Positions 1 through 8,985 of a stretch of DNA of 64,000 bases are shown one piece after another. The notes below the pieces were generated by a model. That model had not been told where the DNA came from. It searched no databases and was given only the letters and a program-made list of their open reading frames with translations. Position numbers and translations under genes: made by a program. How positions within the stretch are numbered: the first letter of the stretch is position 1; every line of letters starts with the position of its first letter. This DNA comes from Candidatus Eiseniibacteriota bacterium. GTDB lineage: Bacteria; Eisenbacteria; RBG-16-71-46. The stretch spans positions 3,392,001-3,456,000 of the forward strand of contig OY970342.1 of NCBI GenBank assembly GCA_963717505.1, read 5' to 3'.

Positions 1-2657
1 CTCCAGAGATCGAGTGCCCGATTCTCGATCGGGGTTCCGGTGAGGGCCAGGCGGTGTCGCGCATTCAGCTCCAGCACGGCACGGCTCACCGCCGCCGCGG
101 GATTCTTGATGTTCTGGGCTTCGTCCAGGATCGCCGCGCGCAGCGGGACCGATTTCCAACGAGCCAGATCCCGCCGGAGCAACGCATAAGTAGTGACGAC
201 GACATCGTGGTGGGGAACTTCTTTCCAGAGCGTGTGGCGCTCCTCTCCGCTGGTGAGCGCAAGCACGCGCAAGCCGGGCGTAAACCGTTCGGCTTCTCGT
301 TGCCAGTTGTGGACCACCGATGCCGGGCACACGACCAGCGCCGGGCCACCTTTCGGGTCGCGTTCGCGCAACCATTCGACCCACGCCAGAGCCTGAACGG
401 TCTTTCCGAGGCCCATGTCGTCGGCGAGGATCGCGCCCATGCCCAGCCCGGACACGAACGCGAGGAAATCGAGGCCATCGCGCTGGTAGGGCCGAAGGAC
501 TGCTTCGAGGCTCTCCGTTACCGAAACGCGCGGCAGGCCCTCGAACCCGAGGACGCGCTCGCGCAACCGCTCGATCTCGCGGATCGTGCTGGGATCGCCG
601 CCGAACGCTTCGAGCGCGACGAGACTCTCGGGCCGCGCCCGCGCCAGTTGCGCCACCGTCAGTCGCTGCTCTCCGGTACCGGCTTCGATGCCCAGATCCG
701 CGAGGACGTCCGCGGCGGCGTCGGCGGTCTCGACCCAATCGCGACGGACCCATCCCGACGCGAGCTTCACGTACCGGGTACGGGCGGTCCGCAACGTCAT
801 TAGATCGTCTTCGCTGAGCGTGCGGCCCTCGGCCTGCCACTCGGCCGAGACCGTGAACCAATCGACGCCACTGGCTGTGACCGTCACGCGCGGGCGGATC
901 GTGCGCTCCTCGGCGAGCAGGTGCTGCATGCGGGCGTTGCCGAGGAACAGGACGTCGCGCGGGCGCGTTTCCCACGCCTGGGCGAACGCTTCGAGACTGC
1001 GTGCTCCGAGGTGGATCCACGCGCCGTTGTCGAGGGCGGGGGCGGAGCCTCGGACCGGACTCGCCTTGCGCCGCACGAACGGAAGCTGACCCAGCCATCG
1101 GCGCGCCGGCTCGACCTCAGCCGCATCGGGCAGGTCGATCCAGACCGACGCCGACGCTGCAGAGTCTTTCTCCGCGGCGGGAATCGACTGCAGCAGAGCA
1201 TCGATCGCAGTGGTGTCGTTGGGAGCGTCGTCCGCGTCGTCGTCCGGAGTGTCGTCCGGGGCGCCGTTCGCGGCGCCGACCGGAGCACGCTCCTCGATCG
1301 ACGCGGTTCCGTCCGGAGCGGGGGCGAGCCTGAGCCATTGTCCCTCGGCGTCCAGCTCGAATCCCACCGCACCCGGTGTCGGAGTGCCGGGACGCCACGC
1401 GTCGTCGCCGGTGTGCGCGAACAAGCGCACCTGCAGCCAGTCGTCGGCGTCGAGGTCGAGGGTGACGACCGGGCGGACGTGATGGACGTTGATGTGCGGG
1501 GCGAGTGCCGTGGCGACACTCGCGAAGCTCGATGCGAGCAACCCCAGGAAGCGCGTGCGCCCGGACTCGGGGACCAACACGTTTCCGGTGAGGGCGAAAC
1601 GCTTCATCAGCTGAGGCGGCGGCTCCTCTGCCACGCGCCAGAACACGCCGTCGGCCAGTACCAAGCTCGGATGCAGATCATCGTCCGAGGGCAGGTAGAT
1701 GACGTCTTCGAGAGGTTTCTGTCGGCCGTCCGGCCAGCGCGCAGCAAGTGTGATCCGCATGTCCGCGCCCTCGCCGCGACACGTCGGCACGATGCCGAGC
1801 GCCACTTCACCCAGGCGAAGCCGCGCGCCGGGGACCCGGTCGCCACGCGCATCGACCGCCGCGTGGTCGTCATTGGCCCAATTGGTGAGCGGCGAATCAG
1901 AGAAGCTGTCGAGCAGCCGGTTGATCGTGCTGGTCTTGAGGCCGAATCGCGTGCCACTCGTGAAAGGCTCCGCCTGTGGCACCGTCCGCGCCAGAAAGCG
2001 CATGAGCCGCGAGTGGGGCGGTGCGAAAAACAACGGATCCCGGCGCAGATCGGACGCGAGCTGAAGCACGTGCCGCGCGGAACGCGGCGCATCGACCAGC
2101 CGTGGTGTCGTCAGGCGGATTTCCATCCAGACCCCTGGACGGCCAGCCGCGTCGGAGTGGAGACCAAACACGGCACGCACGACGCGCGTTGGCGCCTCGG
2201 CATGGCGGCGTGCCCAGTGGGCGAGATCGCTGGTCAGCTCGGCGTCGGCTCGCTCAGGCGGTATTTGATTCTCGGGAGAAGAGGCTCCGAGGAAAGGATT
2301 ACGACGGTGTTCCTTCTGGCGATGGTCGCGCACCGGCGCGCGATCGTGCCGCGCGCCATCGATTGCCTTGGCGAGGGCGAACGCGTGCTTGCAGATCGGA
2401 CCCTCCGAGCAGGTACAACGGGGGTTGGCATCGGTGCCGTCCCACTGCCAGAGGGTCCGGTAGTTCCGGCGGCCGCGGACGGTCGCGCTGATCCGGTTCC
2501 GTTCGACTTCCAGTTGTCCCACGCGGCGCTCGGCCAGGTACGAGCGTCCGCGACTCTGGATGTGCGCGGGGAAGTGCGCTGCGTTGGTCCGGATGGCGTC
2601 GATGGTCTGCGCCGGGAGTGCATCGATCGAGAGTTCAGGCTTCATACGGCTGGCCAT
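1..2657 (-). CDS. SWIM zinc-finger / SNF2-family helicase, 3' end runs off the window
   Basis: Absent from the ORF track because it has no stop in the window. Minus-strand reading gives MASRMKPELSID..., SWIM motif RCTCSEGPICKH (~2385-2420), SNF2 motif I GAILADDMGLGKT (~400-437) and HDVVVTTYALL (~180-210). Start at 2657 or 2645. Confidence 0.88.
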   Translation of the reverse strand, partial: MASRMKPELSIDALPAQTIDAIRTNAAHFPAHIQSRGRSYLAERRVGQLEVERNRISATVRGRRNYRTLWQWDGTDANPRCTCSEGPICKHAFALAKAIDGARHDRAPVRDHRQKEHRRNPFLGASSPENQIPPERADAELTSDLAHWARRHAEAPTRVVRAVFGLHSDAAGRPGVWMEIRLTTPRLVDAPRSARHVLQLASDLRRDPLFFAPPHSRLMRFLARTVPQAEPFTSGTRFGLKTSTINRLLDSFSDSPLTNWANDDHAAVDARGDRVPGARLRLGEVALGIVPTCRGEGADMRITLAARWPDGRQKPLEDVIYLPSDDDLHPSLVLADGVFWRVAEEPPPQLMKRFALTGNVLVPESGRTRFLGLLASSFASVATALAPHINVHHVRPVVTLDLDADDWLQVRLFAHTGDDAWRPGTPTPGAVGFELDAEGQWLRLAPAPDGTASIEERAPVGAANGAPDDTPDDDADDAPNDTTAIDALLQSIPAAEKDSAASASVWIDLPDAAEVEPARRWLGQLPFVRRKASPVRGSAPALDNGAWIHLGARSLEAFAQAWETRPRDVLFLGNARMQHLLAEERTIRPRVTVTASGVDWFTVSAEWQAEGRTLSEDDLMTLRTARTRYVKLASGWVRRDWVETADAAADVLADLGIEAGTGEQRLTVAQLARARPESLVALEAFGGDPSTIREIERLRERVLGFEGLPRVSVTESLEAVLRPYQRDGLDFLAFVSGLGMGAILADDMGLGKTVQALAWVEWLRERDPKGGPALVVCPASVVHNWQREAERFTPGLRVLALTSGEERHTLWKEVPHHDVVVTTYALLRRDLARWKSVPLRAAILDEAQNIKNPAAAVSRAVLELNARHRLALTGTPIENRALDLW

Positions 2658-2878
2658 CGCGCGACGGCGCGACAGGCACTGGCATCAACGTAGATGTGCA
2701 GGGAAAGACCTCCTCGAGTCCCGGTATCGCCGCCACCCGGAAGCATGCGGTCGGGCAGGCGAACCAGGAACCGTACAGCATGCGGGCCCCCGGCGCTTCC
2801 CCCGGTCTGGCGCCGAGCCGCAATCCAGCCGGGCCGCCCGCAGGAAATACGCCTTGCAAGAGCGATCGGGCAATGTTA

Positions 2879-2902
2879 ACGTACAACCCTATGGTTGTAC
2901 GT
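2879..2902. promoter_or_regulatory. Inverted repeat, probable ArsR operator
   Basis: ACGTACAACC-CTAT-GGTTGTACGT, a perfect 10-4-10 palindrome just upstream of the ArsR start. Confidence 0.7.
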
Positions 2903-2908
2903 CGCAAA

Positions 2909-3232
2909 ATGAGCGAAGAGGCGCTCAACCAGCTTTTCCGTGCCTTGGCCGATGGCACGCGACGGGACATCCTGGCGCGGTCACTCACGGAGACACCGTC
3001 GGTGTCCGACCTTGCTGCGCGGTACGAGATGAGCTTCGCCGCCGTGCAGAAGCACGTCGCCGTGCTCGAGCGCGCGGGTCTCATTCAGAAGCGTGCCAAC
3101 GGCCGCGAGCAACGGGTCTCCACCAACCACGCGCGGCTCCAGCGCGCTGGCGAGCTCCTCGAATACTTCGAATCCATTTGGCGCCAGCGCATGGCGCAGC
3201 TCGACGATGTTCTCTTGCCGAAAGGAAAATGA
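2909..3232 (+). CDS. ArsR/SmtB-family HTH regulator
   Basis: LFRALADGTRRDIL...SVSDLAARYEMSFAAVQKHVAVLERAGLI; start may instead be 2891. Confidence 0.9.
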   Translation: MSEEALNQLFRALADGTRRDILARSLTETPSVSDLAARYEMSFAAVQKHVAVLERAGLIQKRANGREQRVSTNHARLQRAGELLEYFESIWRQRMAQLDDVLLPKGK

Positions 3233-3729
3233 CGATGCCGCTGACCTCGGTCACCAAAGACGCCGCAAAGCTCACCCTCACCGTCGTGGGCGACTATCCC
3301 GTTTCGCAAAAACGCCTGTGGGATGCCTTTGCCGACCCGCGCCAACTCGAGCGCTTTTGGGGACCACCCGCCTTTCCTGCCACCTTCACTCGTCATGACT
3401 TCAGAGTTGGCGGTCGCGCCGAATACTTCCTGACTTTGCCGGAGGGACAAAAGTGGAGAGGCTCCTGGAAGTTCACCGCGGTGAATCCCATCAGCTCGTT
3501 CGAGGCACACGACGGCGAAGACAACGTCGAGGACGAGAGCATGCCGGCGTCGATGAAGTTCGCCTTCGAGGCCACGCCGACGGGATCGCGCATGACCTGC
3601 GTCACGCAGTTTTCGAGCGTTGAAGCCATGGAGCAAACGATTCCGGGCATGGAAGAAGGGCTGCGCGCAGCAATTCCCCAACTCGACGCAGTGCTTGCTG
3701 AACCGAGCGCGTCGGCTGCGCACGCCTAG
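3229..3729 (+). CDS. SRPBCC/AHSA1 (START-like) domain protein
   Basis: LWDAFADPRQLERFWGPP...HDFRVGG; ATGA overlap with ArsR, a typical pairing. Confidence 0.88.
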   Translation: MTMPLTSVTKDAAKLTLTVVGDYPVSQKRLWDAFADPRQLERFWGPPAFPATFTRHDFRVGGRAEYFLTLPEGQKWRGSWKFTAVNPISSFEAHDGEDNVEDESMPASMKFAFEATPTGSRMTCVTQFSSVEAMEQTIPGMEEGLRAAIPQLDAVLAEPSASAAHA

Positions 3730-3762
3730 GACTGACCAGTCAGGGAGAACACTGAGGCTCAA

Positions 3763-4341
3763 ATGAGAAAGCTCAAGATCATCGAACACATCTCGCTGGA
3801 CGGCGTGATCCAACACTCCGCTGATGACGGCGATTTCCCCTACAGCGACTGGACCGCGCCCTATCGAACCCCCGCGGGCCGGGACGCAATGCTCGCCGCG
3901 TATGGCGAGAGCATCGATCTGCTGCTTGGCCGTCGCACCTACGATATCTGGTCGGGCTTCTGGCCAAAGGCGCCGAGCAGTCCGATGGCGGACCGCCTCA
4001 ATGCGGCAACGAAATATGTCGCTACCCACCGTCCGGAGAGTCTTGAATGGGGCCCGTTCGAGGGCTTTGGGCCGGATATCGTCGAGGGCGTTCGCCGCAT
4101 CAAGTCGCAGGACGGTCCGGACCTTGTCCTCTCGGGTAGCGCCACGCTGACATCGACACTGCTCGAACATGGACTGGCGGATGAAGCCCTGCTGGTCGTC
4201 TATCCGGTCCTGTTGGGCACGGGGAAGCGCTTCTTTGCGGAGGGAACCCCGGCGCGCTCATTCGAGCTCGTCAGCACGAAAGCATTTCCGTCCGGCAACA
4301 TCCTCAGCACGTACACGGTCGCCGGGCCTTTGAAGACCTGA
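3763..4341 (+). CDS. Dihydrofolate reductase-like (RibD C-terminal) protein
   Basis: MRKLKIIEHISLDGVI, LLLGRRTY, GSATL, YPVLLGTGKRFF. Confidence 0.9.
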   Translation: MRKLKIIEHISLDGVIQHSADDGDFPYSDWTAPYRTPAGRDAMLAAYGESIDLLLGRRTYDIWSGFWPKAPSSPMADRLNAATKYVATHRPESLEWGPFEGFGPDIVEGVRRIKSQDGPDLVLSGSATLTSTLLEHGLADEALLVVYPVLLGTGKRFFAEGTPARSFELVSTKAFPSGNILSTYTVAGPLKT

Positions 4342-4358
4342 AGGAGGGGATCCACGCG

Positions 4359-4781
4359 ATGCCGAAGCTCAAGACCCGACCCACCACCGCGAGCGTCACC
4401 GGATTCATCAAGCGCCAACCTGACGAGCAGACCCGCGCCGACTGCCTGGCCCTCGTCGCGCTGATGGAGCAGGTGACCGGCGAGACGGCCGTGATGTGGG
4501 GACCGAGCATCATCGGCTTCGGCACCTACCGCCTCGTGTACGCGGACGGCAGCGAGGCGGACTGGCCAATCGCCGGGTTCTCGCCGCGCAAGAAGGACCT
4601 GACCATCTATCTCATGGGCGTGTTCGAACGCCGCCCCGAGCTCATGAAGAAGCTCGGCAAACACCGCACCGGCAAGGTGTGCCTCTACATCAGGCATCTC
4701 GCGGATGTGGACCTCAAGGTGCTGAAGGAGCTGGTCGTGGCCTCGGTGCAGTACCGGCGCGAGAAACTGACCGCCCCGTGA
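4359..4781 (+). CDS. DUF1801 domain protein
   Basis: MWGPSIIGFGTY...GFSPRK...LGKHRTGKVCLYI. Confidence 0.88.
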   Translation: MPKLKTRPTTASVTGFIKRQPDEQTRADCLALVALMEQVTGETAVMWGPSIIGFGTYRLVYADGSEADWPIAGFSPRKKDLTIYLMGVFERRPELMKKLGKHRTGKVCLYIRHLADVDLKVLKELVVASVQYRREKLTAP

Positions 4782-4858
4782 TCTTCTCCCATCACGGCTA
4801 CCCTGGCGGCTCACGGCGTCGACTCCGAGGTTCCTTGAGTCTGGCCAAGCGATGAGCT

Positions 4859-4960
4859 CCGGCGCTGTTCTTCCTGATCCTCACGGGAATGGTCGTCGCC
4901 TACCTTGCCATGGTTCAGATGGTGAAGACGTGGTTCTATCGCCGCTTTGCGGCGGAATGA
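4859..4960 (+). pseudogene. Orphan 3' fragment resembling the C-terminus of a Mg2+-transporting P-type ATPase
   Basis: Reads PALFFLILTGMVVAYLAMVQMVKTWFYRRFAAE*, like the last TM helix and tail of MgtA; in-frame stop just upstream. Confidence 0.6.
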
Positions 4961-5109
4961 TCGGGGTGGCCGGCAAGGATCTCGCAGGGACCGGCGAGGC
5001 TCGCGTCGGGGTCTACCGACGCCCGGGGGTGCGGGTGGTAGCCTCTGGCCCGCAAGGGCGATTTCCCCGTCCTTCGAATGTGGCGAACGCATAGGGAGGG
5101 GGACCATCC

Positions 5110-5511
5110 GTGACAACCCAGGCGGGCGTGTGGATCGACCACCGGAAGGCGGTCATCGTGACAGTCTCAAGAGGAGGGGAGAAGACAGAACTGGTTGAAT
5201 CGAACGTCGGGAAACACGTCCGCTATTCCGGTGGCTCATCTGGCGGATCACAAGGGTCACGGGAGGGCACGGGAGAAGACACGCGGGAAAGGCGGTTCGA
5301 GGGCCAGCTCGACAAGTACTATGACGAGGTCATCGCGCGGATTCGAGATGCAGAAGCGATCTTGATCTTCGGACCCGGCGAGGCAAAAGGGGAGCTGAAG
5401 ACCCGCGTTGAGCGGGCCGGGCTCGATGCTCGCATCGTTGGCGTCGAGACCGTTGACAAGATGACGGATCGCCAGATCGCGGCGAAAGTGCGGGAGCACT
5501 TCGCTCGGTAG
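5110..5511 (+). CDS. eRF1/pelota-like (baeRF / host-attachment type) small protein
   Basis: GVWIDHRKAVIV...ILIFGPGEAKGEL...VETVDKMTDRQIAAKVREHF; GGAGG upstream. Confidence 0.7.
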   Translation: MTTQAGVWIDHRKAVIVTVSRGGEKTELVESNVGKHVRYSGGSSGGSQGSREGTGEDTRERRFEGQLDKYYDEVIARIRDAEAILIFGPGEAKGELKTRVERAGLDARIVGVETVDKMTDRQIAAKVREHFAR

Positions 5512-5539
5512 AGACACTCCCCTCGAGCCCACGTGCTGC

Positions 5540-5623
5540 CCATACGAGATCGTCGCTCCGCTCGGCGCGCGGGGATGGGCGAGGTCTACCGCGCTCGCGA
5601 CCCGCGCCTCAAGCGCGACATCG
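5540..5623 (+). pseudogene. 5' scar of the local Ser/Thr kinase family
   Basis: Near match to the start of the 30357 kinase (PYEIVAPLGA-/-GMGEVYRARDPRLKRDI) with a frameshift; truncated next to the convergent bEBP stop. Confidence 0.8.
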
Positions 5624-5630
5624 ATCGTGC

Positions 5631-7088
5631 TTACCTCGAAGCCCCGGTAAACCTGCTCTTTGCAATCTTCAGTTGCCGGATCTTCGATTCCAGCGTCGAC
5701 GCGGGGATCCCAAGCCCGGCCGCTGCGCCAGTCGCACCGGCCACCTTGCCCCGACTCCGAGCCAATGCCGCCTCGATCAAGGCCTTCTCCTCGCCCAGCA
5801 GCCGGTCCGAGAGTCCATCTGGCTTCGCTTCCGCATGGCCCCGGCCCGAAAGCCAAGCCTCGTCGATGACGAACGTGTCACCCGTGCAGAGGATCACTGA
5901 TCTCTCCACGATGTTCTGCAGCTCGCGGATGTTGCCCGGCCATTCATACGCCTGACACAGCTCTACGGTGCGACTGTCGACACTCCGGATCCGCTTGCCC
6001 ATCTTGTCCGCGAATCGCCTTACGAAGTAATCGAGCAGGAGCGGGATATCCTCCCTCCGCTTGCGCAGCGGCGGCACGTCAATCGGGAATACGTTCAGCC
6101 GGTAGAACAGATCGGACCGGAATGTCCCCGCGGCCACGGCCGCCGAGAGATCTCGATTGGTCGCGGCGATGACGCGCACGTCCACGGGGATCGCGTCGCC
6201 GCCTCCTACACGCTCGAACTGTCGCTCCTGAAGCACGCGGAGAAGGGCGAGCTGCGTCTCGCTGGGGACTTCACCAATCTCGTCGAGGAAGATGGTGCCT
6301 TGATGCGCCAGTTCGAAACGCCCTCGCCGCTGCTGCACAGCTCCCGTGAACGCGCCCTTCTCATGCCCAAACAGTTCCGAGGCAATCAGTGCCGGCGGGA
6401 TCGCGGCGCAGTTGACGCTCACGAATGCGCGGTCTGCTCTTCGCGAACGCATGTGGATCGCGCGCGCGATCAGCTCCTTGCCGGTACCCGTCTCCCCAGA
6501 GACCAAGACGGTCGAGTCCGTGGGCGCGACCATGGTGATGCTGGTGAGCGTGGTTTGGAGGGCGGGCGATGAGCCAACGATCTCCTCGAACATCGACGCT
6601 TGAGCGATTTCCTCCCGCAGGGCCAGATTCTCGTCCTGCAGGCGATCCTTCAACTGCTTGATCTCTTCGTAGGCTCTGTGCAGCGCGTCCTCGGCCTGTT
6701 TCCGATCATCAATGTCCGTGAGCAGGTTGTACCAGCGGATGACTCGGCCTTCGGGATCGCGGAGCGAATGGCCGCGTGACTGGAACCACCGGTACACGCC
6801 GTCCGCACGCCGGATGCGGTGCTCGAACTCATAGGGAGCGCCGGTTTCCACCGAGCTCGTCCACGCGGCGACCACGGCGGGCAGGTCGTCCGGATGAACC
6901 GCGTCGCTGGTACCCCACTGTTTCAATTCATCCAACGTGCGGCCGAAGTAGTCCAGCACCTGCTGATTGACGAGCTCGACCTCGCCCTGGTCCGTCATGA
7001 TGGCGACCAGCCCCGGGATCGTGTCCACGATCAAGCGAAGCTCCCGCTCGCTCGTGGGAAGCCCTTCCAAGATCGGATTCGGCGTCAT
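5631..7088 (-). CDS. PAS-domain sigma54-dependent enhancer-binding protein (Fis-type HTH)
   Basis: PAS/PAC ([14 protein letters not shown]), Walker [30 protein letters not shown]. Confidence 0.93.
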   Translation of the reverse strand: MTPNPILEGLPTSERELRLIVDTIPGLVAIMTDQGEVELVNQQVLDYFGRTLDELKQWGTSDAVHPDDLPAVVAAWTSSVETGAPYEFEHRIRRADGVYRWFQSRGHSLRDPEGRVIRWYNLLTDIDDRKQAEDALHRAYEEIKQLKDRLQDENLALREEIAQASMFEEIVGSSPALQTTLTSITMVAPTDSTVLVSGETGTGKELIARAIHMRSRRADRAFVSVNCAAIPPALIASELFGHEKGAFTGAVQQRRGRFELAHQGTIFLDEIGEVPSETQLALLRVLQERQFERVGGGDAIPVDVRVIAATNRDLSAAVAAGTFRSDLFYRLNVFPIDVPPLRKRREDIPLLLDYFVRRFADKMGKRIRSVDSRTVELCQAYEWPGNIRELQNIVERSVILCTGDTFVIDEAWLSGRGHAEAKPDGLSDRLLGEEKALIEAALARSRGKVAGATGAAAGLGIPASTLESKIRQLKIAKSRFTGASR

Positions 7089-7117
7089 GGTCGGCGGGAG
7101 TATACGACCCCCCAGGC

Positions 7118-7135
7118 CTCGCGAAACTTCGCGAG
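7118..7135. promoter_or_regulatory. Putative upstream activator sequence for the bEBP
   Basis: Palindrome CTCGCGAA-AC-TTCGCGAG about 60 bp upstream of the -24 box. Confidence 0.45.
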
Positions 7136-7195
7136 TCTTCGTGAGCGCTCGCGACGGCCGACGCGGGCGCCACCTGCCACGCAAGGACTTACGGG

Positions 7196-7210
7196 TGGCA
7201 CCCGGCTTGC
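7196..7210 (+). promoter_or_regulatory. Sigma54 -24/-12 promoter
   Basis: TGGCAC-CCGGC-TTGC matches the TGGCAC-N5-TTGC consensus and lies divergent from a bEBP gene. Confidence 0.85.
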
Positions 7211-7265
7211 CCTTCGCCACCACGCGGCCGCAACCAGCAAACTTTCACTGCGGAGGGAGGCTCAA

Positions 7266-7979
7266 ATGTCACAAGCAGACGCAGCAATCAAGAACGTGGT
7301 TCTGGTTCACGGCGGGTTCGTGGACGGATCGGGCTGGGAGGGGGTCTACAACATCCTCAAGAAGGACGGCTTCACGGTCACCATCGTTCAGAACCCCACC
7401 ATCTCGCTCGCAGACGACGTGGCGGTGACGAAGCGCGCGTTGGCGGCGCAGAGCGGCCCGGCGATTCTGGTCGGCCACTCCTACGGCGGAGTCGTGATCA
7501 CGGAGGCGGGCAGCCATCCGAACGTCGCGGGGCTCGTGTACATCGCCGCGTTCGCTCCCGACAAGAACGAGTCGATCTCGACGCTGATCAAGGACCCACC
7601 TCCGGGTGCGCCGGTGCCGCCGATCCTGCCGCCCCAGGACGGCTTCCTATTCCTCGACAAGGCGAAATTCCGGGAGTCATTCGCCGCCGATGTGGCGCCG
7701 GATGCCGCAGCGTTCATGGCCGACGCGCAGGTGCCCTGGGGTCTCGAAGCCCTGAATGGCGCCGTCACGGAGCCGGCGTGGAGGTCGAAGCCGACCTGGT
7801 ACTTGGTGTCCACCAGCGACCGGATGATCCCGCCCGACGCGCAGCGTGCGATGTCCAAGCGGACGGGAGCGACGGTTGTCGAGGTCAAGGGCAGCCACGC
7901 CGTGTACGTGTCGCAGCCGCGCGAAGTGGCACATCTGATCGAGCAGGCGGCCAAGAGTCTGACACTGGCCGCGAGGTAA
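7266..7979 (+). CDS. Alpha/beta hydrolase (Abhydrolase_6 type)
   Basis: VVLVHGGFVDGSGW, nucleophile GHSYGG, DRMIPP, GSHA; GGAGG RBS. Confidence 0.92.
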   Translation: MSQADAAIKNVVLVHGGFVDGSGWEGVYNILKKDGFTVTIVQNPTISLADDVAVTKRALAAQSGPAILVGHSYGGVVITEAGSHPNVAGLVYIAAFAPDKNESISTLIKDPPPGAPVPPILPPQDGFLFLDKAKFRESFAADVAPDAAAFMADAQVPWGLEALNGAVTEPAWRSKPTWYLVSTSDRMIPPDAQRAMSKRTGATVVEVKGSHAVYVSQPREVAHLIEQAAKSLTLAAR

Positions 7980-8008
7980 GCGAACGTCACGGCGTCATCG
8001 TCATGCAT

Positions 8009-8043
8009 GCCGGCCCGGGGACCATGGTGGTCCTCGGGCCGGC
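8009..8043. terminator. GC-rich hairpin after the hydrolase
   Basis: GCCGGCCCGGGGACCA-TGG-TGGTCCTCGGGCCGGC; TTTT follows shortly after. Confidence 0.5.
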
Positions 8044-8089
8044 CGATTTTGCGGAGATTGGCCAAGGGGACCCGCGCCGGGGTGATGCG

Positions 8090-8240
8090 TTAGCGCGGTG
8101 ACTTCGCGAGCGCAGGCAACTCGAGCACGGTCCCGAAGCCCGACTGGGCCTCATCGTCGTCCCACAGTTCGGGGAGAAAGATCACACGCCGGTCGTCGAG
8201 CCAGCCGACATTCGACTCCTCGCACCGGACTGGGCGAGAA
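8090..8240 (-). pseudogene. Possible orphan 3' gene fragment
   Basis: Reads EESNVGWLDDRRVIFLPELWDDDEAQSGFGTVLELPALAKSPR*, protein-like but with no start before an upstream stop. Confidence 0.3.
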
Positions 8241-8248
8241 AACCGCTA

Positions 8249-8962
8249 TTGCGGAGACGGAGCGGCGGTGACATCGTAACTGTCCGTGGCCTATCCAATG
8301 CGCGGAAACATCTGGATGCACGAGGACTTCTGAGACCTTCCGCGACGGGGCCGGCGCCGACCAGCCGGGACGTTGGATTTGTCGGGGTAGGGGCTCTTGC
8401 GGGTGCCTTCTCCTCGTTCGTATTCACCCTACTCCACCAGCTCCTCATCAGTTCAATCTGGTTTGCCTTCCCGATCATGCTGATCGCCGGAGCATTGTGC
8501 GGGATGTGCCTCGCGTGGAGCTACGCGCTGGTGATCGCGACTCCCACGGCTCGCAGTTGGCTCCAATACAATCTGTTCTACCTCGTCATGTTCGTCGCGC
8601 TGGGTGTCACGTCTCTGGCGGCGTTCAGACCCGTGACGACCATCGCCGCCCTCCTCGCGGCCAACGAGCCCCCGCGTGAACTGATCGGCCGCGCATTCCC
8701 CGTCACGTTCCTGTTCACCCTTGCGGCCGCCGTGCTGCTGATCATCCGCTATCGCCCCGACTGGCGCGGCGCTGGCGGAATACTCGTCACGACGACTGTC
8801 CTCGTCGTGTTACTGGGTCTCAACATCTCCATCCTCGGTTTCGTCGCCGTGCCCCGCTCCGACCTGGGTGTCCTCTTGGAGGTGTTTCTTCTACTTCTAG
8901 CGATCCTTGGCGTCTATGCCGCCGCCGTCATGGCACTCGGGCGGTCTCGCTTTTGGAGTTGA
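8249..8962 (+). CDS. Hypothetical multi-pass membrane protein (start uncertain)
   Basis: About six hydrophobic segments; no recognisable family. Confidence 0.65.
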   Translation: MRRRSGGDIVTVRGLSNARKHLDARGLLRPSATGPAPTSRDVGFVGVGALAGAFSSFVFTLLHQLLISSIWFAFPIMLIAGALCGMCLAWSYALVIATPTARSWLQYNLFYLVMFVALGVTSLAAFRPVTTIAALLAANEPPRELIGRAFPVTFLFTLAAAVLLIIRYRPDWRGAGGILVTTTVLVVLLGLNISILGFVAVPRSDLGVLLEVFLLLLAILGVYAAAVMALGRSRFWS

Positions 8963-8985
8963 GGAAGGATAGGTACATTCGCCCG

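Noticed and set aside
54-2693. Long + strand ORFs 54-803 and 921-2693, and similar long antisense ORFs elsewhere (e.g. 42489-44834, 49017-51248)
   Set aside because: They are antisense shadows of real genes in high-GC DNA and carry no motifs.
7980-8100. attC site (CGCTAAC on the minus strand) and an integron interpretation of the small-gene arrays
   Set aside because: There is no matching GTTRRRY partner or repeated attC family, and the integrase lacks an evident IntI-specific insertion.
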